Below are positions 7,449 through 16,790 of a stretch of 64,000 bases of DNA, one piece after another (the stretch's first letter is position 1; each line of letters starts with the position of its first letter). Source of the DNA: a virus (Duplodnaviria; Caudoviricetes); the IMG/VR virus record IMGVR_UViG_3300028797_000139, positions 27,055 through 91,054 of that record; one strand, written 5' to 3'. A program made the translations under genes and the position numbers. The notes under the pieces were generated by a model, which was not told where the DNA came from, ran no database searches, and worked only from the letters and a program-made list of their open reading frames with translations.

Positions 7449-8503
7449 GCGGAATTTTGAATCAGAGTAGGCAGAATTTTAGATGTGTTGGCAAGGTTAG
7501 TGAGTTTGACCTGTATCACGAAGATTGTGAAGTTACCAACCGGGAAACAAATGAAAAGGTGCAGAGTGAGCGTATCCGTGGCAAGATTACTGTAAACATT
7601 GGAAATGGCGTAAAGCAGTTTGATGTTTTTTGTAATAGAATGACTTCTAAGGGAGAGGAATCTAAGCAATGGAATAACGCCCTGAGTTGGCTTGAACTCA
7701 CGCCTGAAATTAATAGCAGTATTACTACTAAGTTTGGTACCACTGAAGAAAAGAATAGTGTTATGGGTGACAGGGAAAATGCAAGCCTTGTTCTTGTAAA
7801 TGGGCGAGTAAGCGAAAATGCTTATTATAATTCCAACACAAAGGATGTTTCTGTTGGTCTTAGATGGAACGCCAATAGAATTAGCACAAGCAGGGTTGGT
7901 GAGGATGAAGAATATGGCTGTACATTAAATGGCAATTTCTTTATTAAGTCTGTTGTTCCTGAAGAGGTTAATGATGAAGAAACTGGAAGACTGAAGGTTG
8001 TTCTTGTGGCGGTTGATTATGCGGCAAGTCCCATTCTTATTAATGCTTTTGTTGAGGAAGATTTGGCTGAAGCCTTTGAAGACTGTTACGAAGTTGGAAG
8101 TACAGCTAATTTTGATGTCGATGTGGTTAGCGAACACATTGGCGGCAAGATAAGTGGTAAGAAGATGTTTGGTAGTAGTGGTAAAATTAAGGCCAATGGA
8201 TTTGACAGGGAAATTCTTGTAGTCGTTGGTGGGGAAGAAGCTATTGAAGAGCCTGAAGAAGAAGATGACGATGGTAATATTATTGATAATGGATGGATTG
8301 ACCCAAAGGCTATGAAGATGGCTTTGAAAGAAAGAGACACTAAGCTGTCTGAGATTAAGAAGAATGGCGAAAAGGGAAATTCTACTACCCCTACTACAAA
8401 GCGTATGTCCACTATGAAGAAGAAGAAGTCCAAGGTTGTTGAGCCTGAATTTGATTTTGACGATGATGATGATAATCCTTTTGACGATGACGAAGATTTC
8501 TAA
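7445..8503 (+). CDS. putative single-stranded DNA-binding protein
   Basis: beta-rich body, very acidic C-terminal tail ending DDDEDF, replication context. Confidence 0.6.
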   Translation: MSGILNQSRQNFRCVGKVSEFDLYHEDCEVTNRETNEKVQSERIRGKITVNIGNGVKQFDVFCNRMTSKGEESKQWNNALSWLELTPEINSSITTKFGTTEEKNSVMGDRENASLVLVNGRVSENAYYNSNTKDVSVGLRWNANRISTSRVGEDEEYGCTLNGNFFIKSVVPEEVNDEETGRLKVVLVAVDYAASPILINAFVEEDLAEAFEDCYEVGSTANFDVDVVSEHIGGKISGKKMFGSSGKIKANGFDREILVVVGGEEAIEEPEEEDDDGNIIDNGWIDPKAMKMALKERDTKLSEIKKNGEKGNSTTPTTKRMSTMKKKKSKVVEPEFDFDDDDDNPFDDDEDF

Positions 8504-8524
8504 GGAGTTTAAGGAGTAGTATAT

Positions 8525-9538
8525 ATGGCAGAATTTGATATTTTTAATCCATCTTTAAGCGTTGTATCAAAAGGAATTGAGGGTAAATTAATTCTTATTC
8601 ATTCTAACGAGCGAAAATTGGGAAAAACAATGCAAGCCACAAGATTTCCTAAACCGTTTTATTTGAGATTTGAACAAGGTATTAATGCAATTTCTGGACT
8701 GCCTTATGCCCCTTTGAACAAATGGAGTGATTTTAAAAAGGTTCGTAAACAACTTACCAATCCTAAAACCATAGAACAAGCACAAGCCATGTACTCAACA
8801 ATTATTGTAGACTCTTTGGATGTAGCTATTAAATGGTGCGATAAGTATGTGTGTGGTATGCAAGGCGTTGATAGATTAAATGATGGCAATAGTGGTTATG
8901 GTTTATGGAAAGAATATGAAAATGAATGGTTTAATGAATGGTCGCCTTTAATTAATGCTGGCTATGCAGTTGTATTTATTTCACATTCTGAAATTAGAAA
9001 AATGAAAGACCCTAAAACAGGGGTAGAATATGAACAATTTTATCCCAAAGGGGACAAAAGAACTATTGATTTAATCGTAGATGCAGTAGATTTTATTGGA
9101 TATGTTAAAAGCAACGGATTTGACGCAGAAGGAAATCCTCAAATGTCAAGCATTTATTTTAAGGCTTGCCCAGAATTTCTTGCTGGTTCTCGCTTTAAAT
9201 ATATGCCTGTAGAAATTACACCTTTTACAGCAGAAAATGTACAAGAAGCAATTCAAAAAGCAGTAGAACAAGAAGAAATAGAAAGTGGTAATGCCACAGT
9301 TTCTTATGAACAAAAACAAGCACAAGAATATATGTTAAATAACGAATTTTCATTTGATGAAGCTATTAACATAGTTAAGCCTTTATATAAAAAAATGTTT
9401 AATAAGGACAAAGAATTAACTATAGACATCGTAGAAAAATATTTGGGCGCTGGAAATAAAATTAGCAATGCTTCTGACAAACAAATTGAACAAATTTTAA
9501 TGATTATTCATGAATTTGAAGAACAATTAAATAATTAA
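8525..9538 (+). CDS. AAA-family ATPase (Sak4/AAA_24-like)
   Basis: Walker A-like KLGKT, Walker B IIVDSLD, FISH motif. Confidence 0.75.
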   Translation: MAEFDIFNPSLSVVSKGIEGKLILIHSNERKLGKTMQATRFPKPFYLRFEQGINAISGLPYAPLNKWSDFKKVRKQLTNPKTIEQAQAMYSTIIVDSLDVAIKWCDKYVCGMQGVDRLNDGNSGYGLWKEYENEWFNEWSPLINAGYAVVFISHSEIRKMKDPKTGVEYEQFYPKGDKRTIDLIVDAVDFIGYVKSNGFDAEGNPQMSSIYFKACPEFLAGSRFKYMPVEITPFTAENVQEAIQKAVEQEEIESGNATVSYEQKQAQEYMLNNEFSFDEAINIVKPLYKKMFNKDKELTIDIVEKYLGAGNKISNASDKQIEQILMIIHEFEEQLNN

Positions 9539-9548
9539 AAAATTAATA

Positions 9549-9630
9549 GGGGTCATAAATGGTTGCAAACATTTATGTTAAAGGGCAATATCCTTACTCT
9601 ATTGCCCTACCCTTATATCTTTTAGTAAGG
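9549..9630 (+). promoter_or_regulatory. three-way-junction RNA leader with SD pseudoknot (copy 3)
   Basis: P1 GGGGT/ACCCT; P2 CATAAATG/CATTTATG, loop GTTGCAAA; P3 AGGGCAATA/TATTGCCCT, loop CCTTACT complementary to AGTAAGG (9624-9630). Confidence 0.7.
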
Positions 9631-9642
9631 GGGAGATAATAA

Positions 9643-10335
9643 ATAGCTCATGAAGATTTAACTGGTAAAACCTTTGGAAGATTGACAGTATTGAAAGAAG
9701 TTGGTCATCCAAAAGGAGGGATATATTTATGGGAATGTGAGTGTAGTTGCGAAAATCATACCCATATTATTGTTGATGGGAATCATTTGAGAAGTGGCAA
9801 TACAAAATCTTGTGGTTGTCTTCATAAAGAACAATTAAGAGAACGAAATATAAAAAACAGAATATATGCAAAAGAAGACGCTCGATTGGTAAGAATTTGG
9901 AGGGCTATGCGTCACAGGTGCTATTCTGTAATGGACACACATTATGATACTTATGGTGGAAAAGGAATAGAAGTGTGTGAAGAATGGCAAGAATTTGAAA
10001 ATTTTAAAGAGTGGGCATTAACTCATGGATATTCAGAAGAATTAACAATACATAGAATAGATAACGCAAATAATTATTGTCCAGAAAATTGTGTGTGGGC
10101 AGATTGGGAAACCCAAGCTAATCATACATCTTCTAATAAAATGATAACTTATCAAGGTAAAACACAATCTTTATCTATGTGGGCTAAAGAATTAAATTTA
10201 AATTATTATAGAATTAAAGCAAGATTAAATGCTTGTCATTGGTCTGTGGAAGAAGCATTCAATAGTCCTAAATATACTCAAATTAATTTGTATAAAAATA
10301 ATCAAAATAAAATTTTACAAAACGATAAAGAATAA
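9643..10335 (+). CDS. HNH-like homing endonuclease (DLTGxxFGRL family), probable ATA start
   Basis: in-frame ATA after SD AAGGGGGAG adds the family N-terminus EDLTGKTFGRLTV; WECEC, SCGC, YGGKGI, IHRIDNANNYCPENC. Confidence 0.8.
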   Translation: MAHEDLTGKTFGRLTVLKEVGHPKGGIYLWECECSCENHTHIIVDGNHLRSGNTKSCGCLHKEQLRERNIKNRIYAKEDARLVRIWRAMRHRCYSVMDTHYDTYGGKGIEVCEEWQEFENFKEWALTHGYSEELTIHRIDNANNYCPENCVWADWETQANHTSSNKMITYQGKTQSLSMWAKELNLNYYRIKARLNACHWSVEEAFNSPKYTQINLYKNNQNKILQNDKE

Positions 10336-10340
10336 AACAC

Positions 10341-10384
10341 TTGACTTCCTCCTTTGTTTGTGGTATAATATGAGCAAAGGAGGA
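10341..10384 (+). promoter_or_regulatory. promoter with anti-SD spacer (module copy 1)
   Basis: TTGACT-17-TATAAT; spacer TCCTCCTTTGTT pairs with downstream AGCAAAGGAGGA. Confidence 0.75.
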
Positions 10385-10390
10385 TTTATT

Positions 10391-10846
10391 ATGGAAATTA
10401 ATATTCAAGACTATTTGAAAGAAGACCAGATTAGAGAAATTGCAATACAAGAATTAAGATGTTCTTTTAAAAATCAATTGCGTAACGAAGCTGATATTGA
10501 AAGAATTTTAACCAATCTTAGTTATGAATATGTGTTTAAGATAGTGGAAGAAGAACTTAATGTTCATAAAGAAGAATTTAAGACAAAACTAAAAGAAACA
10601 GTAATGAAAGTATTAGACGATTCTTCCACACTTAGATATGAAATTTTTAGACGAACAGATACTTGGGGCAGAACAGAAAGCCCTGCTGTCAAATATCTTG
10701 AAGAAGCGTTAATTGATAGTAAAAATAAAATAGTAGAAGAAGTAAATAAAAGAATAGAGGAATATCCTTTTTATGAATTAAAGGAAAACATACTTGATAC
10801 TATTTATTATTGTATTGCAGATATGTTGACTAAAAAGAGGGAGTGA
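10391..10846 (+). CDS. hypothetical protein
   Basis: AAGGAGG SD then ATG at 10391. Confidence 0.75.
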   Translation: MEINIQDYLKEDQIREIAIQELRCSFKNQLRNEADIERILTNLSYEYVFKIVEEELNVHKEEFKTKLKETVMKVLDDSSTLRYEIFRRTDTWGRTESPAVKYLEEALIDSKNKIVEEVNKRIEEYPFYELKENILDTIYYCIADMLTKKRE

Positions 10847-10853
10847 TAAGAAT

Positions 10854-11162
10854 ATGAGTATTTATATTAAGAGTATGGAAATGCCCACTGGTGATAATAC
10901 TAAAATTATTGCGATTCTTTCAAGCGGAGAAGTGTTTAGCGTCTATTTTGATAACGAGAGCGGAAATCTTGGACTGTGCCAAATGAGCAAAACACCTGTA
11001 ATTGCAGTCCCCATCCCGCCGCATGGTAGAGTAATTGATGCAGACGAGTTTCTGAACAGAGCGATTGGTACGCGATGCTTCAGTGAAGATTATGCGCTGA
11101 TGCTTGATGAACTTGTAGGAGAATCCTACACTATCATCCCAGCAGAGGAGGGCGAGGAATGA
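10854..11162 (+). CDS. hypothetical phage protein (MSIYIKxMEMP type)
   Basis: ORF with PHGRVIDAD motif seen in small phage proteins. Confidence 0.7.
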   Translation: MSIYIKSMEMPTGDNTKIIAILSSGEVFSVYFDNESGNLGLCQMSKTPVIAVPIPPHGRVIDADEFLNRAIGTRCFSEDYALMLDELVGESYTIIPAEEGEE

Positions 11163-11354
11163 ATGATGAAAAATATTAATTATATAACTTTAATTGATTT
11201 TGAATGTATGATTATGGATTTAGCTGAAAATTTAGAAGTTAAAAACAAAGATGACCTTGAATACTTGTCTGCAACTTTACACGAACATCTTGAAATGGCT
11301 ATAGAAGATTATGCCAATGATGAAGAAATAGAAGATTATGAACCACAATATTGA
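11163..11354 (+). CDS. hypothetical acidic protein
   Basis: ORF in operon. Confidence 0.6.
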   Translation: MMKNINYITLIDFECMIMDLAENLEVKNKDDLEYLSATLHEHLEMAIEDYANDEEIEDYEPQY

Positions 11355-11384
11355 TTATTTATTTTATTAATAAAAGGAAACAAA

Positions 11385-11867
11385 ATGACCTGTGATGTAT
11401 GTTCTAAAGAAATCCTTCGTGGACAGCGATACCAAGGTAATAAATATAAATCTCTACATTTTTGTTCAGAAGATTGTTTTAAGCGATATTGTAAAATTAA
11501 ATCTGCGCCTAAACCATTAGTTAATTTTAAGCCTGAACCTAATACAGACCGCAGGAAATTTACAGATTACATTCAAGAGTGGACTAATGATACGGCAAAT
11601 TGGCCCTATCTTATGAAACAGGCAAAAGATATTCAAGAAGAATATGATTTGGATTGGCAAGAAATGTATCTTGTATGTAAATATGCTCATATATACGAAG
11701 GTGTCGAATGGGATTTTAATTATGGTTTAGGACAAATTTTTCCACGATATATTAAACCTTGTATGGAATTCAAAGAGGCCATAGAAAACGCAAAATTGGC
11801 TGAAATTCCTACAGAACAAACAGTAAAAATAAAGAAGAAAAGATACAAGGGAAGGATTGAATGGTAA
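11385..11867 (+). CDS. Zn-finger protein abutting the helicase gene
   Basis: CDVC...FCSEDC. Confidence 0.65.
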   Translation: MTCDVCSKEILRGQRYQGNKYKSLHFCSEDCFKRYCKIKSAPKPLVNFKPEPNTDRRKFTDYIQEWTNDTANWPYLMKQAKDIQEEYDLDWQEMYLVCKYAHIYEGVEWDFNYGLGQIFPRYIKPCMEFKEAIENAKLAEIPTEQTVKIKKKRYKGRIEW

Positions 11868-13394
11868 TTGTTGTACAATAATAACATAGCTTCAATGTTA
11901 ATAGGATGTTTATTAAACAATCCTTCTTTAACTTTAAGGCCAGACGCGCCATTAACCAAGGCAGATTTTGCACCACAAGAATTTCATAAAATATTATTTA
12001 TTTCTATAAAACATTTGGCGAAATATGGGGTTAGTGACATTACAGAATTAGAGATAGATAATTTTATTGATAAATATGAAGCCCAAAAAGAAGTGTTAGT
12101 TGATAATAATTATTTTGAATATGTATCTACTGTTAAAGAATTAGCAAATGTAGACAATTTTAATTATTATTATGACACTATTCGTAAATTTGCTTTACTT
12201 AGGGAATTAAAAAGTAAGGGTTATAGTATTTCAAAATATTATAACGAAATAGAATCAGAAGAAAAAGCGCAAAAACAATTAGAACAATGGACTATTAAAG
12301 ATATACTAAATGATATAGACCATGAAGCTAATGAATTAAGAAGTAAATATGACTTAAATTTTGTGCGAAATGAAATGTTGGCTGGTGAAGATACAGAAAG
12401 TTTAATAGAAGAATTTGAGCAAGAACCTGCTTTTGGTAGTTTTCTTACAAGCCCTTATTTAACACAATTATTTATGGGGCTGTGTAGGGGACATTTAATT
12501 ATGAATAGCGCACCTGCCGGGAATGGCAAATCGCGTATGATGATAGCAGACCTTTGTGGTATATCTTCTCAGTATTTGTGGGATGAAAAAGCAAATGATT
12601 TTATAAAAAATGTAAATTATGATGGGCCGGGTCTATTTATTCATACTGAATTGGCTTCAAGAACTGAAATTAATCCTATGTTTTTGGCTTGTGTTTCTGG
12701 CGTAAATGAAAAACATATTAAAATGGGGTTATTGTCACAAGAAGAAAAAAATCGTGTATTAAAAGCAGGACAAATACTACAAGATAGTAATATGATGTTG
12801 GTAGATATGCCTGACTTCACAAGTGCAAATATTAAACGTAAGATAGAAGATTGTGTTAAGAATTATGGCACAACTACAATAGGGTTTGATTATTTGCAAT
12901 TGCAATCGGCTATATCTGCTGAATATAAATCTAATACTTCAATTCCAGCCAGAGAAGATTTGGTATTGCGTTCTTTAGCGACTGACCTTAAAGCCTATGC
13001 TGAAGAATATAATGTGGCAGTAATGACAGCGAGTCAGTTAAATGGTGCTGAAAAACAAATGGAATTTCCTGACGAAAGTTGTTTAAGCAGTAGTAAAGCA
13101 ATCAAACAAAAATTAGATTCGGCTTGTATTTCATTAAGTGTTAAGGATAGATTAAAGGAATATAAGATGATTGAGCCATACTTAAAGCGCAGAGGATTTG
13201 ATAGGAATAAAGACCCAATGCCAAATTTAATTTCTTATGTTTATAAAAGTAGATTTGGTGAATATGCAGACCAAAAGTTAAAAGTGTTTCGTTATTTTGA
13301 TAGAGGCACTTTAAGAAATAAGGATTTTATAGTGGTAGACCAATATAATCAATTGGTTAATATACCCAAACCTGTTTTAGAAGGGGAATTTTAA
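11868..13394 (+). CDS. dnaB: replicative DNA helicase
   Basis: Walker A APAGNGKS, FDYLQ, ASQLN, KSRFG. Confidence 0.85.
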   Translation: MLYNNNIASMLIGCLLNNPSLTLRPDAPLTKADFAPQEFHKILFISIKHLAKYGVSDITELEIDNFIDKYEAQKEVLVDNNYFEYVSTVKELANVDNFNYYYDTIRKFALLRELKSKGYSISKYYNEIESEEKAQKQLEQWTIKDILNDIDHEANELRSKYDLNFVRNEMLAGEDTESLIEEFEQEPAFGSFLTSPYLTQLFMGLCRGHLIMNSAPAGNGKSRMMIADLCGISSQYLWDEKANDFIKNVNYDGPGLFIHTELASRTEINPMFLACVSGVNEKHIKMGLLSQEEKNRVLKAGQILQDSNMMLVDMPDFTSANIKRKIEDCVKNYGTTTIGFDYLQLQSAISAEYKSNTSIPAREDLVLRSLATDLKAYAEEYNVAVMTASQLNGAEKQMEFPDESCLSSSKAIKQKLDSACISLSVKDRLKEYKMIEPYLKRRGFDRNKDPMPNLISYVYKSRFGEYADQKLKVFRYFDRGTLRNKDFIVVDQYNQLVNIPKPVLEGEF

Positions 13395-13396
13395 TT

Positions 13397-13657
13397 TTGC
13401 ATGAATTAATTATTGCGGCAATTACAATTATTTTTTATACTATTTTCATGCCCATGTTAGATGCTTTTGCGGCATTTATTCAAAACTTTTTTAATCGACA
13501 AATACGCTTGTGGCAACTGGAATTAGATGATTTAGAATGTGCTATACATGACTGTGATAATAGAGAAGCAACAAATACACAAGCAATTGGCTTTGAAATT
13601 CCTGAAGAGATTATTGAAGAAGAAGTAGAAGAAAACAATAATAAAAGGAGAAAATAA
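13397..13657 (+). CDS. hypothetical membrane-anchored protein
   Basis: hydrophobic N-terminus, QAIGF motif. Confidence 0.6.
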   Translation: MHELIIAAITIIFYTIFMPMLDAFAAFIQNFFNRQIRLWQLELDDLECAIHDCDNREATNTQAIGFEIPEEIIEEEVEENNNKRRK

Positions 13658-13782
13658 TGGAAAATATTAATAATGTTCTAATTGATATTCTTGTCATGGT
13701 TTTTGTAACAGGAGGAATTGCCATAGGGGTCACTACCATAATTTGTTTGATTAAAGGTTTAATTGATTATTTTAGATATTAA
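13657..13782 (+). CDS. 41-aa membrane peptide (not in ORF track)
   Basis: AAGGAG SD; MENINNVLIDILVMVFVTGGIAIGVTTIICLIKGLIDYFRY. Confidence 0.55.
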   Translation: MENINNVLIDILVMVFVTGGIAIGVTTIICLIKGLIDYFRY

Positions 13783-13797
13783 ACGAAAGGGACGATT

Positions 13798-14838
13798 ATA
13801 ACGATATATTTAGACAATGCCGCTACCACAAAACCTAAATTTTATAGATATAATTTTGATAGTAAATGGTTTAATTCTAATACGGTCTATGCTAAAAAGG
13901 AACAACAAATTTTAGATGAAGCAAGGGAAAGCATTAAACATGAGCTTGGTGTTAATAGTGGTTATGTTTTATTTTTTAGAAGTGCTACTGAAGCTATAGA
14001 ATGGTTGGCTAATAAATTTGCCACAGATGAAATATGGTGTTCACCTTATGAACATGATAGCGTGTTTAATGTTTCTAATTCTATTTTAACCAAAGATAAT
14101 TTAGAAATTTTTAATAGATACGAAGTTTCTTTATTTTGTCAACAATTAGTAAATCCTATCACTGGCGATGTATTTGATATTCAAAAAATTTTTAATGAAT
14201 ATATTGGTTATCAAGAAAATAAATTTTATGGCGTAGACGCGACAGCCGCAATAGGGCATATTCATTTACCCAAAGCTATGGATTCTTATTGTGATGCCAT
14301 TTGGTTTAGTGGGCATAAATTCTATACAGAAAAAAATATTGCCTGTATGTGGATTTCCAATAGACTTGCAAGATATTTAATGTTAAATAAAGAAAAAAAT
14401 AACCAATATGGTTTGGTGCATGGAACTCTTGATATTAGTGGTATTAAAATGTTAAGTGAAGCATTAAGTTGGGCCAATAATAATATATTGGATTCTATTT
14501 ATATACAATACACCACTAAATGTTTAACGAAATTGACAAACCTTCAATTTCTTAGCTTTAGACCTTACACGATAGATAGAACAAGAGCTATCAATGCTTT
14601 ATATCTGCCCAATATTAATGCAGACGCATTACAGACATATCTTGCTTCCAAGGATATTTATGTGGGAGTAGGTCATAGTGCTTGTTCTGGAAATGCCGAT
14701 TTTAGTGTATTAAAAGCTATGGGGTTCGATGAAACAATTGCAAGACAAACTATTAGAGTTTCTTTTGGCGTAGATAATGTAATTAATGATGTTGATATTT
14801 TAGTTAAAGAAATTAAAAATTTTATGGAGATGTTTTAA
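13798..14838 (+). CDS. iscS: cysteine desulfurase (IscS/NifS family), non-AUG start
   Basis: upstream in-frame IYLDNAATTKP, SATEA, GVDAT, PLP-lysine SGHKF, catalytic GHSACS, IRVSFG; SD GAAAGGGA before ATT/ATA. Confidence 0.85.
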   Translation: MTIYLDNAATTKPKFYRYNFDSKWFNSNTVYAKKEQQILDEARESIKHELGVNSGYVLFFRSATEAIEWLANKFATDEIWCSPYEHDSVFNVSNSILTKDNLEIFNRYEVSLFCQQLVNPITGDVFDIQKIFNEYIGYQENKFYGVDATAAIGHIHLPKAMDSYCDAIWFSGHKFYTEKNIACMWISNRLARYLMLNKEKNNQYGLVHGTLDISGIKMLSEALSWANNNILDSIYIQYTTKCLTKLTNLQFLSFRPYTIDRTRAINALYLPNINADALQTYLASKDIYVGVGHSACSGNADFSVLKAMGFDETIARQTIRVSFGVDNVINDVDILVKEIKNFMEMF

Positions 14839-15257
14839 TGAGAATACTTGAAGAAGAACAAGAAGTTGTATTCAATTGTCCTGAATGTAATTGTAGATTT
14901 GCTTATGATGATAACGATATTTATAGCACAATTTATGGCGACGCTGTGATGTGTCCAAAGTGTGGAGAAGATGTTATTATCCATAAGCATGACAGATTAG
15001 GACAATTTCCTGATGCTTGGTTTCATTTTGGACAAAGCAAAAATAGTAAAATTGTAAGTCCAGAAGAGATTGAAAAAGCTGTTAAATGTGGACTTCGCTA
15101 TATGATTGAACATAATGAAGATAGATGGTCATCCGCTTGTGGCAATATGCGTTTAGATATTGATGATTATGGCGAAGATGGCTTCGATATTAATTGTAGT
15201 GTGGGATATTATAATCTAAATATTAGTCGAGAAGAAGTTTATGAACTGCTAAAGTAA
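14838..15257 (+). CDS. hypothetical Zn-ribbon protein
   Basis: CPEC...CPKC. Confidence 0.7.
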   Translation: MRILEEEQEVVFNCPECNCRFAYDDNDIYSTIYGDAVMCPKCGEDVIIHKHDRLGQFPDAWFHFGQSKNSKIVSPEEIEKAVKCGLRYMIEHNEDRWSSACGNMRLDIDDYGEDGFDINCSVGYYNLNISREEVYELLK

Positions 15258-15279
15258 AAAAGGAGGGTAAGAATAGTTA

Positions 15280-16368
15280 GTGAATATTAATATTAAAAAA
15301 TTAAAGACTATTCTTACTCTTTCAGATTATGAAACAATAGAACGTAGTTTGGGTTTAAGAATAGCAAGTCAAAATTCTACCCAAACTATTTTTTATAATG
15401 CAGATAAATATAAAGATATTGCAAAACAAACGCCAAAACTATATCGTTACAATGATACCAAAATATATATAAGTTATACTAAATCTTGTAGTTATGATAT
15501 AATTGGATTGGTGCAAGCTGTAAAAACCACAGGGGGTGAAGTCTGTTCTTTTATTGATGCAATTAATTATATATTATCAATTACAGGGTTGCAAATTGAT
15601 ACTTGTAAAAGAATTAATACCAAAAATATTTATGATTGGGAAGAAGATTTAGGAAAATATTTAAGAATCAAGCATGGAGAAAACCAGCTTAAAATTTATA
15701 ACAATCATATTCTAAAACAATTATACCCTATTATACCCTATAATTGGATTCAAGAGGGTATAACGAAAGATACTATGGAAAAATATGGTATAGGTTATTA
15801 TCCAAGATTACAAGCGACTACAATTCCTTGTTTTGATATAAAAGGTAATTTAATAGGGATTAGATGTAGACATTGGCTTCCTGAAGAAATAGATAAAGGA
15901 AAATATAGACCTTTGCAGTTATTGGACGGAACTACATACAAATTTCCTACTAATAGTGTATTTTATGGCGAAAATTATAATCGTCCAGAAATAGAAAGAA
16001 CAGGACACGCAATTCTTGTAGAAGGAGAAAAATCTGTTCTTAAAGCTGATAGTTGGTGGCGTGAAAAGTCTAATGTTTTAGCCCTTTATGGCAGTAATAT
16101 AGGTTTGTCTCGCGTTAGAAATTTAATCAAAATGGGTGTAAATCATATTACATTGGCTTTAGATAGCGATTTTCGTAATGCTAACAGTAAGGAATATAAA
16201 AAGTTTGAAAAGAAAATGATTCATCTTGGGGAAATGTTTAAGGGTTTTTGCGAAGTAGATATAGTGTATAATAATATAGGGCTAAAAAATTGGTATAAAT
16301 GTAGTCCTTTTGATGGGGATGAAAAAACATGGAATCAATTATATGAAAGAAGGGAAATAATATGTTAG
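15280..16368 (+). CDS. DNA primase (TOPRIM)
   Basis: IGIRCR, LVEGEKS, LALDSD. Confidence 0.85.
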   Translation: MNINIKKLKTILTLSDYETIERSLGLRIASQNSTQTIFYNADKYKDIAKQTPKLYRYNDTKIYISYTKSCSYDIIGLVQAVKTTGGEVCSFIDAINYILSITGLQIDTCKRINTKNIYDWEEDLGKYLRIKHGENQLKIYNNHILKQLYPIIPYNWIQEGITKDTMEKYGIGYYPRLQATTIPCFDIKGNLIGIRCRHWLPEEIDKGKYRPLQLLDGTTYKFPTNSVFYGENYNRPEIERTGHAILVEGEKSVLKADSWWREKSNVLALYGSNIGLSRVRNLIKMGVNHITLALDSDFRNANSKEYKKFEKKMIHLGEMFKGFCEVDIVYNNIGLKNWYKCSPFDGDEKTWNQLYERREIIC

Positions 16369-16682
16369 AATGGTATATTTATGTTGAAGATTGGAATACA
16401 AACGAAATTAATTCGTACAATATATTTGAACACTCCAATTTTTGGAAAGATTGTATTAAAAATGCTAAGAAAAATAAAAACAATAAAGAACATTTTATCG
16501 AAGATTTGAAGAATGATTTAATGTATTATTTTTGGTCTAAAAGCGAATATGAAATTGTTCTTAGTCCTTGGCTTGGAGCTAATCGTGTTAAGGAAAAGAA
16601 AATTGATGTATATGACCAAATTAAATTAAATTGGGATAGATTCGTCGATTATGTTTGGGAACATAAAAGGGAAATTAAGTAA
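16362..16682 (+). CDS. conserved phage protein
   Basis: ORF with YYFWSKSEYE and KIDVYDQ. Confidence 0.7.
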   Translation: MLEWYIYVEDWNTNEINSYNIFEHSNFWKDCIKNAKKNKNNKEHFIEDLKNDLMYYFWSKSEYEIVLSPWLGANRVKEKKIDVYDQIKLNWDRFVDYVWEHKREIK

Positions 16683-16708
16683 TTTTATAAAAATATAAAA
16701 AATAAGTG

Positions 16709-16737
16709 TTGACAAAATCATATTTCTGTGGTATAAT
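16709..16737 (+). promoter_or_regulatory. sigmaA promoter
   Basis: TTGACA-17-TATAAT with extended TG. Confidence 0.8.
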
Positions 16738-16790
16738 ACGATTGTAGTTAAGAAAGAACAAAAAAATATTTTTGAAAGGAAGTATGTATT

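Noticed and set aside
13798-14838. DndA of a phosphorothioation system
   Set aside because: No dndBCDE or ssp genes in the window
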